From assembly GCA_002633005.1 (NCBI GenBank), contig NMRA01000003.1:1143866-1207865 (forward strand): 64,000 nt of DNA, read 5' to 3'. Positions 1 to 12,857 of this stretch are shown in pieces. Positions within the stretch are counted from its first letter, which is position 1. Every line of letters begins with the position of its first letter. The notes below the pieces were generated by a model. It was given only the letters and a program-made list of their open reading frames with translations. It was not told where the DNA came from and made no database searches. The stretch comes from Phoronis australis (taxonomy: Eukaryota > Animalia > Phoronida). The position numbers and the translations under genes were made by a program.

Positions 1-850
1 TGATAATAGTTAAAGCCGAGTTCTACGATAAGACAGCGACGACCTTCACACAGCAACACTAAAACGAGAGACGTTCAGCAAACAAATTGAGGCTGATCAC
101 GTAACAACAATATAATTTATCACAAGCAACTTATGTTTCATTCATAACTAATGATCTTCAGTGTGGTTTCATGGTGTGTTTAGCTTAAGTGGCTGGGCCC
201 ATCACAGCCACACCTTTTCATTTCTGGCCAACTCTAAGACCAAATCTGCAGTTTGAACAGAAATGCTTAAAATGAGCATTTCAGCCTTAAGTGAAATTAT
301 TTGCGTTGAGTCTTGGTGACCTCTGTCATTAAAGATGCATAGTCTTATTAAATTGTGAATATGCAAATGAAGTACTATTTTACAAACAACCCTGGGTCCT
401 CCAGTGTGCTGGAAACCATCAGAGAACCAGTTATACACTACAATTTGGCGAAAGTCTCATTTTGCGAGACTATTTTTATGTAAATGAGTATGGTAATATT
501 TCTTTGTTACCCAAATGAAAAAGGCACAATTCTTATAATTTGTTTATTTCGCTATCAACTACAGACTGCATAATATTTGGAATTACTAGGGCCTTCTATA
601 CGTTCACACTCGTTGTTAAGTGTATAAGTTTTGGTGTTTTCTCTTAAACCACAATTTACTTACTACTTGTTTCTTTACCCCTATTATACTTGCATACACA
701 GTTCCGCAGGAAGACACTATTTGGCGCTAGCTACTAATTTCAATATTCATGATTTTATGAGACATAGCATCTTCAACATAATTGATTAGGAAAATGATGC
801 AATTCATACTTTTCTCCTTCGGGATATCAGTGAAATGAAGACAATAATAC

Positions 851-2601
851 CTGATAATGCAGACACCTGTCCAACCATAAGCAGTTCTTCTGTGCCATTA
901 TAAGGAGTAATATCTATAACACCTTTACGTATAGTCTCCGACACACGAGCACCTGAAACACAAAGCAGACGGGAATTTCAATGCAATATTTTAGAACACA
1001 AACTCCAACTCACTAGAATGTCATCATCTTATGACATCTAGCTATTCATGTAGTCTGCAATTTTCCTGCCATATGTTTTGCATGTTGTGTGCATTCGTTC
1101 TTTTAATAATGCAACTCAGTGGAAGTTGTGAAATGTTGAGTATTTATAATAAAGATGGAATTTTTTAAAACCTTGATCGTAATTTTTATTCTTAACTTCA
1201 ATACACTGATTTGAAAAATGCAATTTCGAAATTAGGGCAGTCAAACCAAATTTTTCTTCCTTCGCAACAATAATGCAACCCTCACAACACAAAGAAAACA
1301 TTATCAAAATCAGGTTAACCAGTACAAAGTTATTGTTAACTTTTGTGGCGAAATTTGGGTCACTTGTTTAGATCCCGTCGACCATCTTGGACGACAGTGG
1401 CATAAATTACACGCTGTTTCATCATTTTCACCAATATTTCGCAGTGAAATTTCATTATACCATCTCTAATATTCTGTGCGATTCAACAGTTTTCATCAGA
1501 ATGTAGTCACACAGATGTCATGTTATTTGTCAAGTGCTTAACATGCTCACTATTCCACTTGAGACTCATTTTCAATGGCACCGACAACATGATGACTCAT
1601 GCTGAACTGAACGGCATGTCCAACCAGCTACTTTGTAATTGGCGAAGACTTAACTATGATACACTGACGCTGCTTCAAAAACCATCTTACGTACAATTTT
1701 CAGGCTTTTGGACTAAAAGAATAATTAATATTCTAATTACCGCACTGAGGATTGCCCATTCTGTTGCCTTTACACACTGATAAAAATAGCTAAAATTGTT
1801 TCAAAATTGTTTTTTATTTGAAAGTGACCTGTTCTTTAAGATTTGATTGTGTATTATAATAGAAAACATCTAAATTGTGCTGTTTTGTAACTCGTTGCTT
1901 TCTACCTCAGGTTACCAAAGCAACACATTTGGAAGAATCTTAACTTACTTAGAGGAATAGGCTACATAGGATTTTGAAGCTTCCTCCAATCCTTCATCTT
2001 CACAGCCTCTTAGTTTTTTTGAAATCAATCATGCTTGTCGATTAAGCCATTTTGACAATAAATCTTGTCAAAAAATTGACATCAATGGGTGCAAGGGAAA
2101 TAGAATCCATTTGAAGATCGGCTAGTGTTGGCGTATCACCACCCACATACCTATTAAGTGTCACGAAAGTCACATCACCCATGAATGACAATGCATTGCT
2201 TGTTGAAAACTATAACACCTTACAGGATAGTCAAATCTAGACGAAAATGGGAATGGCAGCGGTGCTGCTCCGGCAGTCATATTAATAAGCACAATCCGTC
2301 AAGCAGTTTTTGAGGTAATCAAAGCACAAGCCAATCACCGGATGCCAACTAGGTGTGATAAGACTTTTTTGTGGCCGTATAAAAAACATTGATAAAAATG
2401 AAACTCACCGAGAAGAACAGATCCCAGTGTTTCGAAAACTGTTCCTAATATGCAGGCATTCCGTAGCGTCAGAACCTTAGCTCCAACTGACGTACCAAAA
2501 GAGTTTGCCACGTCATTGGCTCCAATGCCGAATCCCAAAATAAATGCAATGATGAAGCCCACCACAACCATCCAAACCATTTCAGGAGGAATGTACACCA
2601 T
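851..2601 (-). CDS. SLC20A1: Sodium-dependent phosphate transporter, SLC20/PiT family; 5' portion (first two coding exons), gene continues beyond the left edge
   Basis: Exon 2601-2409 starts at GCCAAGATGG (strong Kozak) and encodes [64 protein letters not shown], which has the PiT signature GANDVANS; donor G|GTGAGT. Exon 952-851 (tttcag| ... G|GTATTA) encodes [34 protein letters not shown] and is phase compatible. The symbol is family-level: A1 and A2 cannot be told apart. Confidence 0.93.
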
Positions 2602-3844
2602 CTTGGCTAACTTGTCACTTTTCACCGGTAATTAATGAAGTAATATACTGACACAGCTCTAACAGCAATGGGGTTTGATGACAGTTGAAGAACTCGTTTT
2701 GTCACCTCCAGTTACTTCCAAAACTGTGAAGAAAACTAACAGTCTGGAAGAATGTTCCACTGTGAAGGTGCATGGAGACCTGGCAAAGGGCGTCTCATAC
2801 AGTCACAAATAATCTGCAAGGTATAAAGACCACAGCTGATAAACACGAAACATTATCTTTGCACTGATAACAGGGTTCTTGGAGCCAAGAGAATTTTGGG
2901 TCTGATAAAATAATATTTTGATAAAACATCCATTTTAAGGTGAAACTAGAAAACAAAAATAATTCACTTCTGCACACATAAGGGATTTGGGAATCGCAGA
3001 ATAGTTGCCAGAAACTGAGATGTCGTATTGCTATCTCACTGTTGATAGGTAACCATACTTGCACAGCTGATTATACCACCCACCAACTTAAAACTCTAAA
3101 CCTGCCTGTATACTGTATAACTTTCAAATCATTAACCAATAACTTTTATTTACAGGGCATTCAGAAAATAGGAAATAAAGCATTAATACATTAAAATGAA
3201 AGCACTCTATAGGGCAACACTTAGTGGAATTGAATGATAATCAGTAATCATTACCATAATTACAATAAAACAAAAGGCATTCGTGGGAAAATGGAGAATG
3301 GTTAGATGATATATTTCAGACAGCCCTGAAGAGATCTTTTCAAATACATAATTTCAGAAGATCCCTCCACAGCTTTGAATGAACAATGACAAAAAAAGAG
3401 GAATATTTCCAGGTGACATATTGTTGTAAAATTCAACCGAAATAAACGTTTTTTGCATGACAAAAAAAGAGACGAAGAAAGAGGAGACTGGAAATAAAAT
3501 AAGATGGAATTGAAAACAAAAAAGAGGAAATCCTCTCAAAAGAGGAAAATTTCAAGCCCTGTTATTCAACGGCAACAGAGCTGTGGTTCTGCTAAGCCAT
3601 TGATGAAATGTGTGTGAAAAGTCATGCTGATCAGACACAGACACAGAGAGTTATGTAACAGACAGTAAAAACCCCTGCCATCTTGGTAAAATGAAAGAGC
3701 TATGCTTTAAGTACACTGACTCCTATGACCCAAAACTCATTACATCCTATGGTTATCATGTTTTCCTGGATTCTGTGCTGTGCAATGCTGGACATAAATC
3801 AACTCTCAGACCAATCAGGTTTTTCCCTCTTTCAAGGTTATGCT

Positions 3845-4247
3845 GCTGTGCAGGTACTTGGAATCCTGCTTAATCTTAAGATCGCTTGTGTGCATGAACT
3901 TGGAACATGAGGAAACTTGACAAGTTCACTCAAATAATCACATTCACGATTATAAAAATTTGCACTGCACAAAACAAAGTTACATGTTAATAAAATAATG
4001 TACATTTTAACCAAACTTTCCAGCTTCAACTATTGGCGATCTTTTTCACCAAACAATAATTATTTTAACCATTCACTCACATATTCCTCCTGTGACACAA
4101 GTTACAGTACAGGAGAAAGTGGTAGTGAGGCATATTTCTTTACACTGGACAAAAACTTTCACCTGATTGCCCAAATGAATATTCAATTCCAAGTTCATGC
4201 ATACACAATCATGAGATTAAGCAGGATTCCAAGTTCAGGCACAACAA
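3845..4247. repeat. Inverted repeat (MITE-like), ~50-bp arms, ~280-bp spacer
   Basis: 3856-3905 (ACTTGGAATCCTGCTTAATCT...TGCATGAACTTGGAA) is the imperfect reverse complement of 4187-4234. Confidence 0.7.
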
Positions 4248-4301
4248 TGAAAGACCTTACAGACAACAGTATTTACACAACAATAGATTTTAAGTGGATA
4301 A

Positions 4302-5126
4302 AAGTACTATTACATGGTGAAATAAAATTCTTCAAAGTATATTGTTTTGTCAAAATTTTGTTTATTTGTTTCTTTAATTGCACAAAACGAATAAACCTGA
4401 AATTTATGAACAACATATGTTTCGCAAACAGCTCAAAGCCTATTGTTTTTGGTTGAAATCAGATAAAAGATGGCACTGTGGCGGCCATTTTTCCTTTTAC
4501 GAAGCCATAGCTCCGCAGTTTTTGGTCGGATATTTTTGATTCTTTATCTTTGGAGAGATCATACCAAGAGGCAAGAGCTACCGCAAGTGTCTCATTTGTT
4601 TTTCTCCAGCTCTTACTGCTTTTGACAAGTTATTCAACATTTTCCAATGACTCGTCTCCAAATAAATGTTTTTGTGCCTTATCTTCGGCGTTCGTTGAAA
4701 GATCTGTCAGAAATTTGGTATGACGAAAAGGACAGATCCTTTCATATTTCAAGCACTGTCAGCACTTTGAAACTCGTTTCTTGCTACGACTTACCATTCT
4801 CGAGGTATTCAAGATAAAAAGCTCTTTTGTTGACATTATTTATAGCTGCAAATTGCATTTTTAGTCTGATCTTCATGAAATTTATGTGCAGTATTTACTT
4901 GGTCAATACCCAGAGGTTCTCTGTTCTTGGGCAAAATCGGAATTTTTCGAATTATGTTTGCGATGCTCTAGCTCCACAATCCTTTAACTGAACCTTTTCA
5001 AATCTGGATCTCCTTACGGGTTATCTAAAACATTAGTGTACTAACCATCAGCGTTATGATTGTTTATGCTCTTGGTTTCGTCGTCGATATCACCTTTAAA
5101 TTTTTTATTTCACCAAGTGTTGCTCT
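4302..5126. mobile_element. Old non-autonomous DNA transposon with imperfect TIRs (TTAA-type, Kolobok-like)
   Basis: The left end AAGTACTATTACATGGTGAAATAAAA resembles the reverse complement of the right end TTTTATTTCACCAAGTGTTGCTCT|TTAA. Degenerate internal subrepeats are present. Confidence 0.4.
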
Positions 5127-6717
5127 TTAAGAGCACTTTCATTTTGATGCTTGACTTTAAATGAACCGCCATTAACTAGGTCATGTAACCATGTCTTTTT
5201 ACAAAAACTTGGTAAAGACAGACCACATCCATAGCAAAACAATGGTATTAAAATAAAATGACCGAATTTCATAATTTGATCTAAATGTTCAAATGTTCAA
5301 GATGAAATCTAAAACATGCTGCTAGTTTTCTAAATCATTATTTGGTTTCCTTTTCTGCAATGTTTTTTTCATTAAAATTACATTTGATATCCAATCATTC
5401 AAAAAAGATAAAAGAACAGAGAAAAGGTGACAAATGTGACGACCCTTGAAATTCGCAAGGTTTTAGATTTGATAGGTATAGGGTACACAGATTTTTATAT
5501 GACATGCTTCAAATCAAAACAAATACTTTTTAAAAAGCGTTGGTACCATGCTAATTTAATCAAGCCAAGAAAAGTTTGACCACACTGGAATCAAAAATGA
5601 AAACTTACGTGTAAGATATTAAAACAAACGAAAAGCTTCGAAACAACGCAACTACTACCCACCATCAAACAGCAGCGTGGTTGTCGTTTGTATGTCAAAA
5701 GTTCACGGCGTGTGAGCGTTGCGGTTCACTCATGACCAGTTGAAGTTCGAAATACCGACAGCTACTAGCACATAACATCCCGAGTATTTGACACCTTGGA
5801 ACAACATAACATGAACAAGGCAAAACCAAAACACAAACGAGACATTTTCATTTAACAACATCTCTCACAAACCACCAGTACGACTCCTACGGCGTGTGAG
5901 GACGACGCGTGCTAACGTCAACGAACGAAAAGAACGGTCTTCATGATGACGATTTTTTATGTTTTGCGAAATGCACAAGGCAGTAAAACATAGATCTAAA
6001 CCAGGGCAACAAGGTTAAATGATATACACACCTTCGAAACACCATAGACACGTAACCAGTCCGTAAATAAGTATTTACAGAAAGACCACGACAATCACAA
6101 ACACCAGACATTCGCCATTAGTACTTGCCAACAGAACACAATAGGCTAAACGCGGGAGATTTCGAATCGTTCTCGCGCCAAAACATGAGCTGTCTGGATA
6201 ACACAAAAAAACTACGTTATCGTAAGGAAATGCTTAAACACGACATATGAATACTCGCCAAGGACTAATTAATTTCAAACAGAACACTTATTCTAAATTT
6301 TTAATTAGGGTATGAAAGTCATTACATCATAGACTATCTATGATTACATAAGTTAGGCTACAGGGGGAATAACTCGCATTTACTTTTGGACTTTAGGTCA
6401 TGACCTTGTCGATGGCCCCGGCCTGGCCGTTCGCCGCGAGGGAGGACTCTCAATTTATTACCAACCCAACGCCAGAGTGCATTCTCTTTGGTGGGCATGA
6501 TATTGGTAGTCTCTCGTAGAATATGATTGTGCATAACAGGCGTGAAAATAGGTAGGCCTACTTGATCCGCTAATAGTACAACACTGACATTCAGTGATAA
6601 GTGAGCAGCTGAGACATATCATACTGAAATACCTGCGGGTCCGTGCTTATCAATAGTTAGGTAAGCTATTCCAAAATAACCCTATACTTGGTAAAAGACG
6701 TAATTAAAACCATGCAT

Positions 6718-6877
6718 GCATCGGACAACTCTTAGAATACTTTCTTTCATTCGATCTCTTCAAATTGCCTTCGAGTGGTGATTTGGCATTCTTTTGGCAT
6801 TTTTGTCGCCAAATCACCACTCGAAGGCAATTTGAAGAGATCGAATGAAAGAAAGTATTCTAAGAGTTGTCCGATGC
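6718..6877. repeat. Perfect 70-bp inverted repeat with 20-bp spacer
   Basis: 6718-6787 (GCATCGGACAACTC...GGTGATTTGGC) is the exact reverse complement of 6808-6877. Confidence 0.95.
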
Positions 6878-7499
6878 TAGTTTCGTGGAGTTCCATGCAC
6901 ATTTGAGTAGAAAATTCTGAGCAAACAGATTTCGAGTGTCCAACCTTTATGTTTTCTTATATATATTATTGAGTGACGTCATTTGCGATAAACCCAAGCG
7001 CCTGTGTGTGCAATGAAGAAAATTACGTCATTTTTTAAAGAAAATGGAATCTGAGTGACGAATAAAAAACAGATGCTGCTGGTAAGATGTGAATTTTAAT
7101 CGAAGCCTTAGTGGATCACTCAGAAACTCATAATTCTCTCTTTGTCAAACCTTAAGACGATTTCCAACGCAATCGCGTTATTAATGCAAATAACGGATTT
7201 GGTCTTTTGGGCAATCGAAGACTATTTAAAAAACAATAAATTTGTTACGAACTAATTGCACAAAATATAAAAAGTGTAATAAACATTACGAAAAGAAAAA
7301 GGTTTCGCGCGCAAACGCTGTAGACCATAAACAAGTAGGTCTCTTAGTATCATATTAGGAGTTAAATCGTGGTGGTGTAGTGCTAAAGCATGCGCGCTCT
7401 AGCCGTGAGTTCGAGTCTGTGGGGCTCACTTGCACTTTTTCCTGTTTGACACTTTCTCCGTGTTTTTTTTTGCATTTTTTTCTTGGGTAATTCTTCGGG

Positions 7500-7680
7500 A
7501 ATTAAGGAAAATGCTTGATTTTTAGAGATAAAAACAGAAAAATTTCCTGGGCGGGAGGGGGACAAACTCCCCTCCCGACCTCCCCCCATTGGGTGCTATG
7601 CGCATCTACAATTGTGCTTTGCGCAAATGTTTACAGACAAAATGTTGGGCCCCCCTTGTGATATCCTAAGTCCGCCACTG
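7500..7680. mobile_element. Right end of a CAGTGGCGGA-type hAT-like element
   Basis: Ends ...AAGTCCGCCACTG. The subterminal GCGGGAGGGG...CCCCTCCCGACCTCCCC motif is shared with 26086-26120. Confidence 0.6.
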
Positions 7681-8897
7681 TTTATGGTGACCGGTGAAGG
7701 TGGAAATCGGAGGAAGCATGTGTCCTTCCCCCCCGCCGGGACGGTGAATCCGTAGCGATTAGAACGTACTTATCAATTAGTGTAAGGCCAGGGGGCGGGG
7801 GCATAAGGGCAGCCGAGAAAGGAAAGAGTTAGAGAGAAACGATTCTAGTGAACATTCTCAGAAAACCACAAGTCATTTCCATCTACTTTCCATCGTCGGA
7901 TTAGCCCTACTCCTTATCATTGTACTTTAATCTGACAGCGGTAATATAATAACTGCCTGAAAATTTTTGGAGCTTTCCCACTGAGCCCTAATTATGGCCC
8001 TGGCCTAACATTCTTAATTACTGACCGCAAGCAGCCTAACTTACGTGGGAAAGTAGACAGTGTCACCGTCTCTAGTTGGCAGTAGAGACGGTGATGCTCC
8101 CACATGGCCTTTCATGCACCGGAAGCTTTTTCGGCGAATAATGCCCCACACCGATTAAACCATCAAAGTGAACACGGGCGGACATGATTCCGGTGGGTCT
8201 GAGCCCCCCTCACCCGGTACCGGTTCTAGTTGCTATACTTAATATTTCCTTGCGCTTCACCCTGTTGTTGTTTCACTTTGCTTGCGGTAGACAAGGGGTC
8301 GGTGTAAATAAACCAAAAGATTTTAATAATAATCCCTAAGGGAGCATCACTGCCTCGATGCGGGCACTGTCTGGTGGGAAAGGCAACATATTTACCTTAC
8401 TAACTTTATTGCGGTATCAAATTTCCTTCCCTTCGGGGGAACACGGGATAGGCGACCGGGCATTAAATTTTAATTTAAGCGGCGTAAGTCGGTGGAAAAC
8501 TTAACCCACAGGAATTAATTTGACCACTGCTGTAAAATGTTCTCCTCCGGGTTTGACGAGAGTCAGTCGCGTGAGAGTTTACCACCATTAGCTTCCATTT
8601 AGTGCCAATCGTGTTAGAATCGTGTGTTAAATTCTTCCACTTGGTTGATTCTGTCAGTTAGATTTACGTAGGAAAAAATCAACACCAGTGTTTCAGTTTA
8701 CCGGAATTTTTTATCTGCGCCGATCGTTATGACCGCCAAGACATTAAATGAGCAATTGAAGTACACTGACCCGAAATCTAGTTGCCGACGCGAAAGTTGA
8801 ATTAACACTCTCTAACCGACACGTGTGATAGCTCCGCAATTTAAAATAGGAGAAAAGATACACGTTAAAAATACCCCGCTAAAATTCTAGAACTCAC

Positions 8898-8986
8898 CTG
8901 TTATACAAATGTCATCAAAGTCGTTGAAGATGTAAATTAGTTAAATCCGTGTTACTTGTTCTCGCTGGTCAAACTCGAACGACTGA
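8898..8986 (-). promoter_or_regulatory. Candidate non-coding first exon and initiator of the SLC20 gene
   Basis: Minus-strand TCAGTC initiator-like motif at ~8986-8981 and a consensus donor CAG|GTGAGT at 8898 in CpG-containing sequence ~6 kb upstream of the first coding exon. Inference only. Confidence 0.35.
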
Positions 8987-9429
8987 AAAACTAATATTAA
9001 ATGCGTATTCAATCACGCTGAATCCATAAAATATTTGGGATTTTCCGTACGTTCTAATCTATATGTGTGTAGTAATGTACATGATAACGTCACACGAACT
9101 TTGTATCAAATGATCATCAATAACTAGCTCTACATGAAAGAAAAGGTCTCGAAATATTTCGACTGCGGAATTCGATATTACTGGGTGATCGGGTTTGCCC
9201 CATTTGGCACTGAATACGTACGTAACGCCATAACATCTCAGGGTTATTTCCTTCTGATAACCTGTAATAGGTCACTGGTTTCTGATTTACGTATTTAATG
9301 CGTTGAAATGCGCATACGAAAGCGACGCAAATGGTGTGCTTCTATAATGTTGTTTTTAGTATCGTTAAAATGGCCATTAAACGGGGCAGAATACGTAAAA
9401 CCCGTCCGAAATTGGGAAAGCGTCGTCGT

Positions 9430-11340
9430 CTATTTATCACAAAACAGTTCGTCAACTTTCACAAAAATCTGCAAAGTGGAATTTTAAATATAGAGGGGCA
9501 AGCGTAAAAAAACAACGAATCGCCATTAGAGGGCACGGCAGTAGTCGAATCTGTCCATCCGATGTCAAGTTAATAGGAATAGACTTGGCAACTTGTGATC
9601 TTGCATGGGGTTTAGATAAAGCTGTAGATGCGAAAATAATGTCATTATGGAGCACCACAGTTATGTTGAATCTATATGATAATTCACGCCAGTGCTGCTT
9701 ATGCCAGTAGGAACACTTCTGCTAATTTTCATAACCGTCCTCTGAGCGGTTTGGAGGACACAGAAGCAGACGGCAAAAAGCAGACTCAAAAACAATTAAC
9801 ATGGTCACTAGGTGACGCAGAATACGTCGAATCAGTCACAAATTGGAAACTCTGCCATCTTCATAATAGAAACTTAATTTTTCCACATTTCCTAAAAAAT
9901 CGTCTAGGAACAAGATATAGAGGCAAAGATAAAAAATAAAATTGCTAACTGGGGGCCATAGAGGTAGACAGAGCCGTCCAAGAAGTCATGGGCAGTCAAT
10001 GTCACACAAGGGGACGCCACATGCAACAGATCCGCCCAAATATCAATGTCAGGCATGGTCTTCTCACTAAGAACACAACTGCTACAATTTATAACGATCC
10101 TTAGAGCAATTTAGCAGATAAAGAGACAAACGATAAAAAACGAACTCAAAGTCATAAAAATGGCCGGTAAAAGGCGCAAAATATATCGAATCCTTCCGAA
10201 AATGGAAATGTATAGTTGTTGCCTTAAAGAAACCTATTTGCCAAAATTTGAACTCCAAAGAAGCAGAAGCACAGTCACGTAAAAAAATAAAACTGCCACT
10301 TGGGGGAACGTCTGTAGTCGGATTGGTCTGAAACTCATCGTCATCCTTTATCATCTCCATATCCGCCATATTTCACACAGATCCTTCAAAGAGCCAGGAG
10401 ATACAGCTGTGGACCAAAAACACAATTTCCACTAGGGGTCGCCACAGTAGTCAAACTCGTCCGGAAATAAGTGTCGGCTGCGGCCTCCTCATCAGGAACA
10501 CATCTGCCAATTTTCATAATGATCCTTTGAAAGCTTGGGCGTATATAGGAGGGTGGATCTCAAAATGTGGTTAAAAAATTAAAATTGTGACCAGTTGGCC
10601 CACAATACGTCAAATCGGTAGGAAAAGGGAAGGGTGTCATTGTCTCTTTAAAAGAAATCTTTATGTTAAATTTCATGGAAAGCCCTCAAGGATCTCAGAA
10701 GATACAGAAGCAAATGTAAAAAATTAAAACTGCCACTAGGAGGCACGCCTGCAGTCGGAATGGTGTGAAACTCATCGTCACCCGTTATCATCTCCATTAT
10801 ATAGGAACAAGCATATCTGCCAAATTTCACAAAGATACTCCAAAGAATTAAAGGAGATACAGCCGTGGACTAAAAAAAAAAACAAAAAAACACAAAAATT
10901 GCTATCAGGGGTCGCCACAGTAGTCGAACCCGTCCGAACAGTGTTAGCCGCGGTCTTCTAGTCATGAGCAATTGGGCGGACCTCAAAAATGTACTCATTT
11001 TTTTAAATGCCACCAGGTGACGCAGAATACAGTCAAATACGTCCAAAAACGCTTCTTTAATAGAAACCGTTTTTGCTAAATTACATGTAAATCCATCAAA
11101 GAACTCCAAAGATACAGAGGAAAACGAAAAAAAATAAATAAAATTTCCACTCGGGGACAGAGCGCAAGTCGAATGGTTTGAAACTGGAGGTCGTATATAT
11201 GTTTCATAAGAAAAACATTTGTCAAATCCGGCCCATGGCCCTGTACGAGGTTTAGGAGATACAGCCGCAAACGAAGACCGGCGCCGGACGCGAGTGCGCC
11301 CAGACAGAGACGAAGGCAATATGCCGGGCGCATAAAAATC
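9430..11340 (-). repeat. Helitron/Helentron-associated (HINE, Pearl/CvA-like) element with a degenerate ~140-150-bp tandem array
   Basis: Recurring monomer (GATACAG..., A-tract, GCCACTAGGGG-like, TAGTCG, AAATTTCA) at ~9521, 9803, 9942, 10294, 10428, 10731, 10900, 11008 and 11146. The head TTTTTATGCGCCCGGCAT lies on the minus strand at ~11339. Confidence 0.65.
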
Positions 11341-11450
11341 TACTAATTCATGCACGATTTTTCTCCAGTCGCAAGAAACTGATGATACATAGAAGCAGGC
11401 ATAACTGTCGAGAAATTTGATGAATCCCACCCCATACAACTGCACCAGAT

Positions 11451-11741
11451 CAGAGGCGGGTCCAGGATTTTGAGTTGGGGGTGGGGGGGCAGGGCATTGT
11501 NGCCTCAAGCGCGCGCCCAGCCTAAAATGTAGGGGGTCTCGAATTTTTGGGTTTGTAGACCTTATTACTAAATAGAAACAAACGGGGTTTGTTCAAGGCC
11601 TATGCATTGTGCATTCGCCCCCTTCCCGGGTGCGCGCATATGCTAGTCAGCAATTCGCACCTCGAACTGCCTAATGGAATCTGGGAGAATTTTAGGGGGG
11701 CCATGGCCCCCTTGCCTCCCCCCCTCCGAAATCCGCCACTG
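11451..11741 (+). mobile_element. CAG..CTG MITE with a second MITE (~11507-11642) nested inside
   Basis: CAGAGGCGGGTCCAGGATTTTGAGTTGGG...ATCCGCCACTG, flanks CAGAT/TAGAT. Interrupted by a GCGCGCGCCCAG...GGGTGCGCGCAT segment that is absent from the other copies. Confidence 0.75.
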
Positions 11742-12289
11742 TAGATAATTCCTGCCAATCTGAATGTTGTTTCGAGGAATTTTCATGTACGTTGGTGAAA
11801 TTTGGTCAGTTCTTTAACATTTGCCCCTCGGACAGCAGCAACCAGAAACTCGGGTATCAGCTACTTCAACAATTGGGATCTCCCGACAGCCGTAAGGCAG
11901 AGCATGATATGGTATCACAGAAATCCGGAACCATGCCCTTCCAGAATCACTTTCGAACCATGGCTCAACTTTCCCCAAACTGGATGGCGAATCTTGTCAT
12001 GAGGCCTCATTTTCACTCTCCGAACAGGAAATTATTTCCGAAATTTTCTACAAGATGCTCCGTCTGTAATACATTTCTTTTTAGCATCATATAAGGTGAA
12101 AATCATGCTCTAAACGCGTAAAGCGCGTAATACGTCCAGGTGACCCTTTCCTGTGAAATTTTGTTGAAACACGAGATTCCAAGTTTCTAGGGTGTACCCA
12201 AACAAGAAATCAGAAGGCCAAGGCATGGGGCGCGGCGTAGTTGGCGACGACGGCGGAAGTAGTGGCGATGTGAGGAATAAACCTGGGTA

Positions 12290-12857
12290 GAGTTCAGTAA
12301 CTCTAGGACCTCGCTAAAAACAAGACTAACTTTGTACATAAATATTATCGGTACGTAGGCTTATTATGTACCGTCGCCAATAACATAACCTTTCTCAGAC
12401 CCAGTTCTCGCATTAGAATCACCAGTAAAGATCAGTGTTGCATGCTCCAGCTGTACATATTTTAAAAAGTCGGAAACAGCGTTCTCCAAACTTTCCATGT
12501 CCTTGAAATTGTCGATATAAAGCCGACTATGTGGAGGTATGCAAACAATAGCTATAACGATGTCTGTTTTTTCATTCACCAGGTATGTGTCTCTTATGTG
12601 CAGATTGGCTTCATATCTCACAATATTTGCAATCTTATAACTCTCGGGAGGAGATAAATTTTCACAAAAATTGTAACGCCCCCTGATAGTTTCCATGGAA
12701 TGGAATACAATTGGTGATGACAAACTAGAATATTCTTCTACAAAGCTGTCAAACTCATATGCTAATTGTTGGATGGCTAAAAACAAAATATCATACTTCT
12801 TAGTATCTTACCATCTGATTTGTTGGGACAATATTGACATTTAAATTATCCTTGGCT
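12290..12857 (-). mobile_element. Decayed non-LTR retrotransposon ORF2, apurinic endonuclease fragment
   Basis: Translation YDILFL...IVIAIVCIPP...LIFTGDSNARTG matches the LINE APE motifs (YIPP, GDFNARTG). Confidence 0.75.

Noticed and set aside
10870-11508. 212-aa minus-strand ORF
   Set aside because: It runs through a repeat array and a MITE, has a non-ATG start and shows no domain features.
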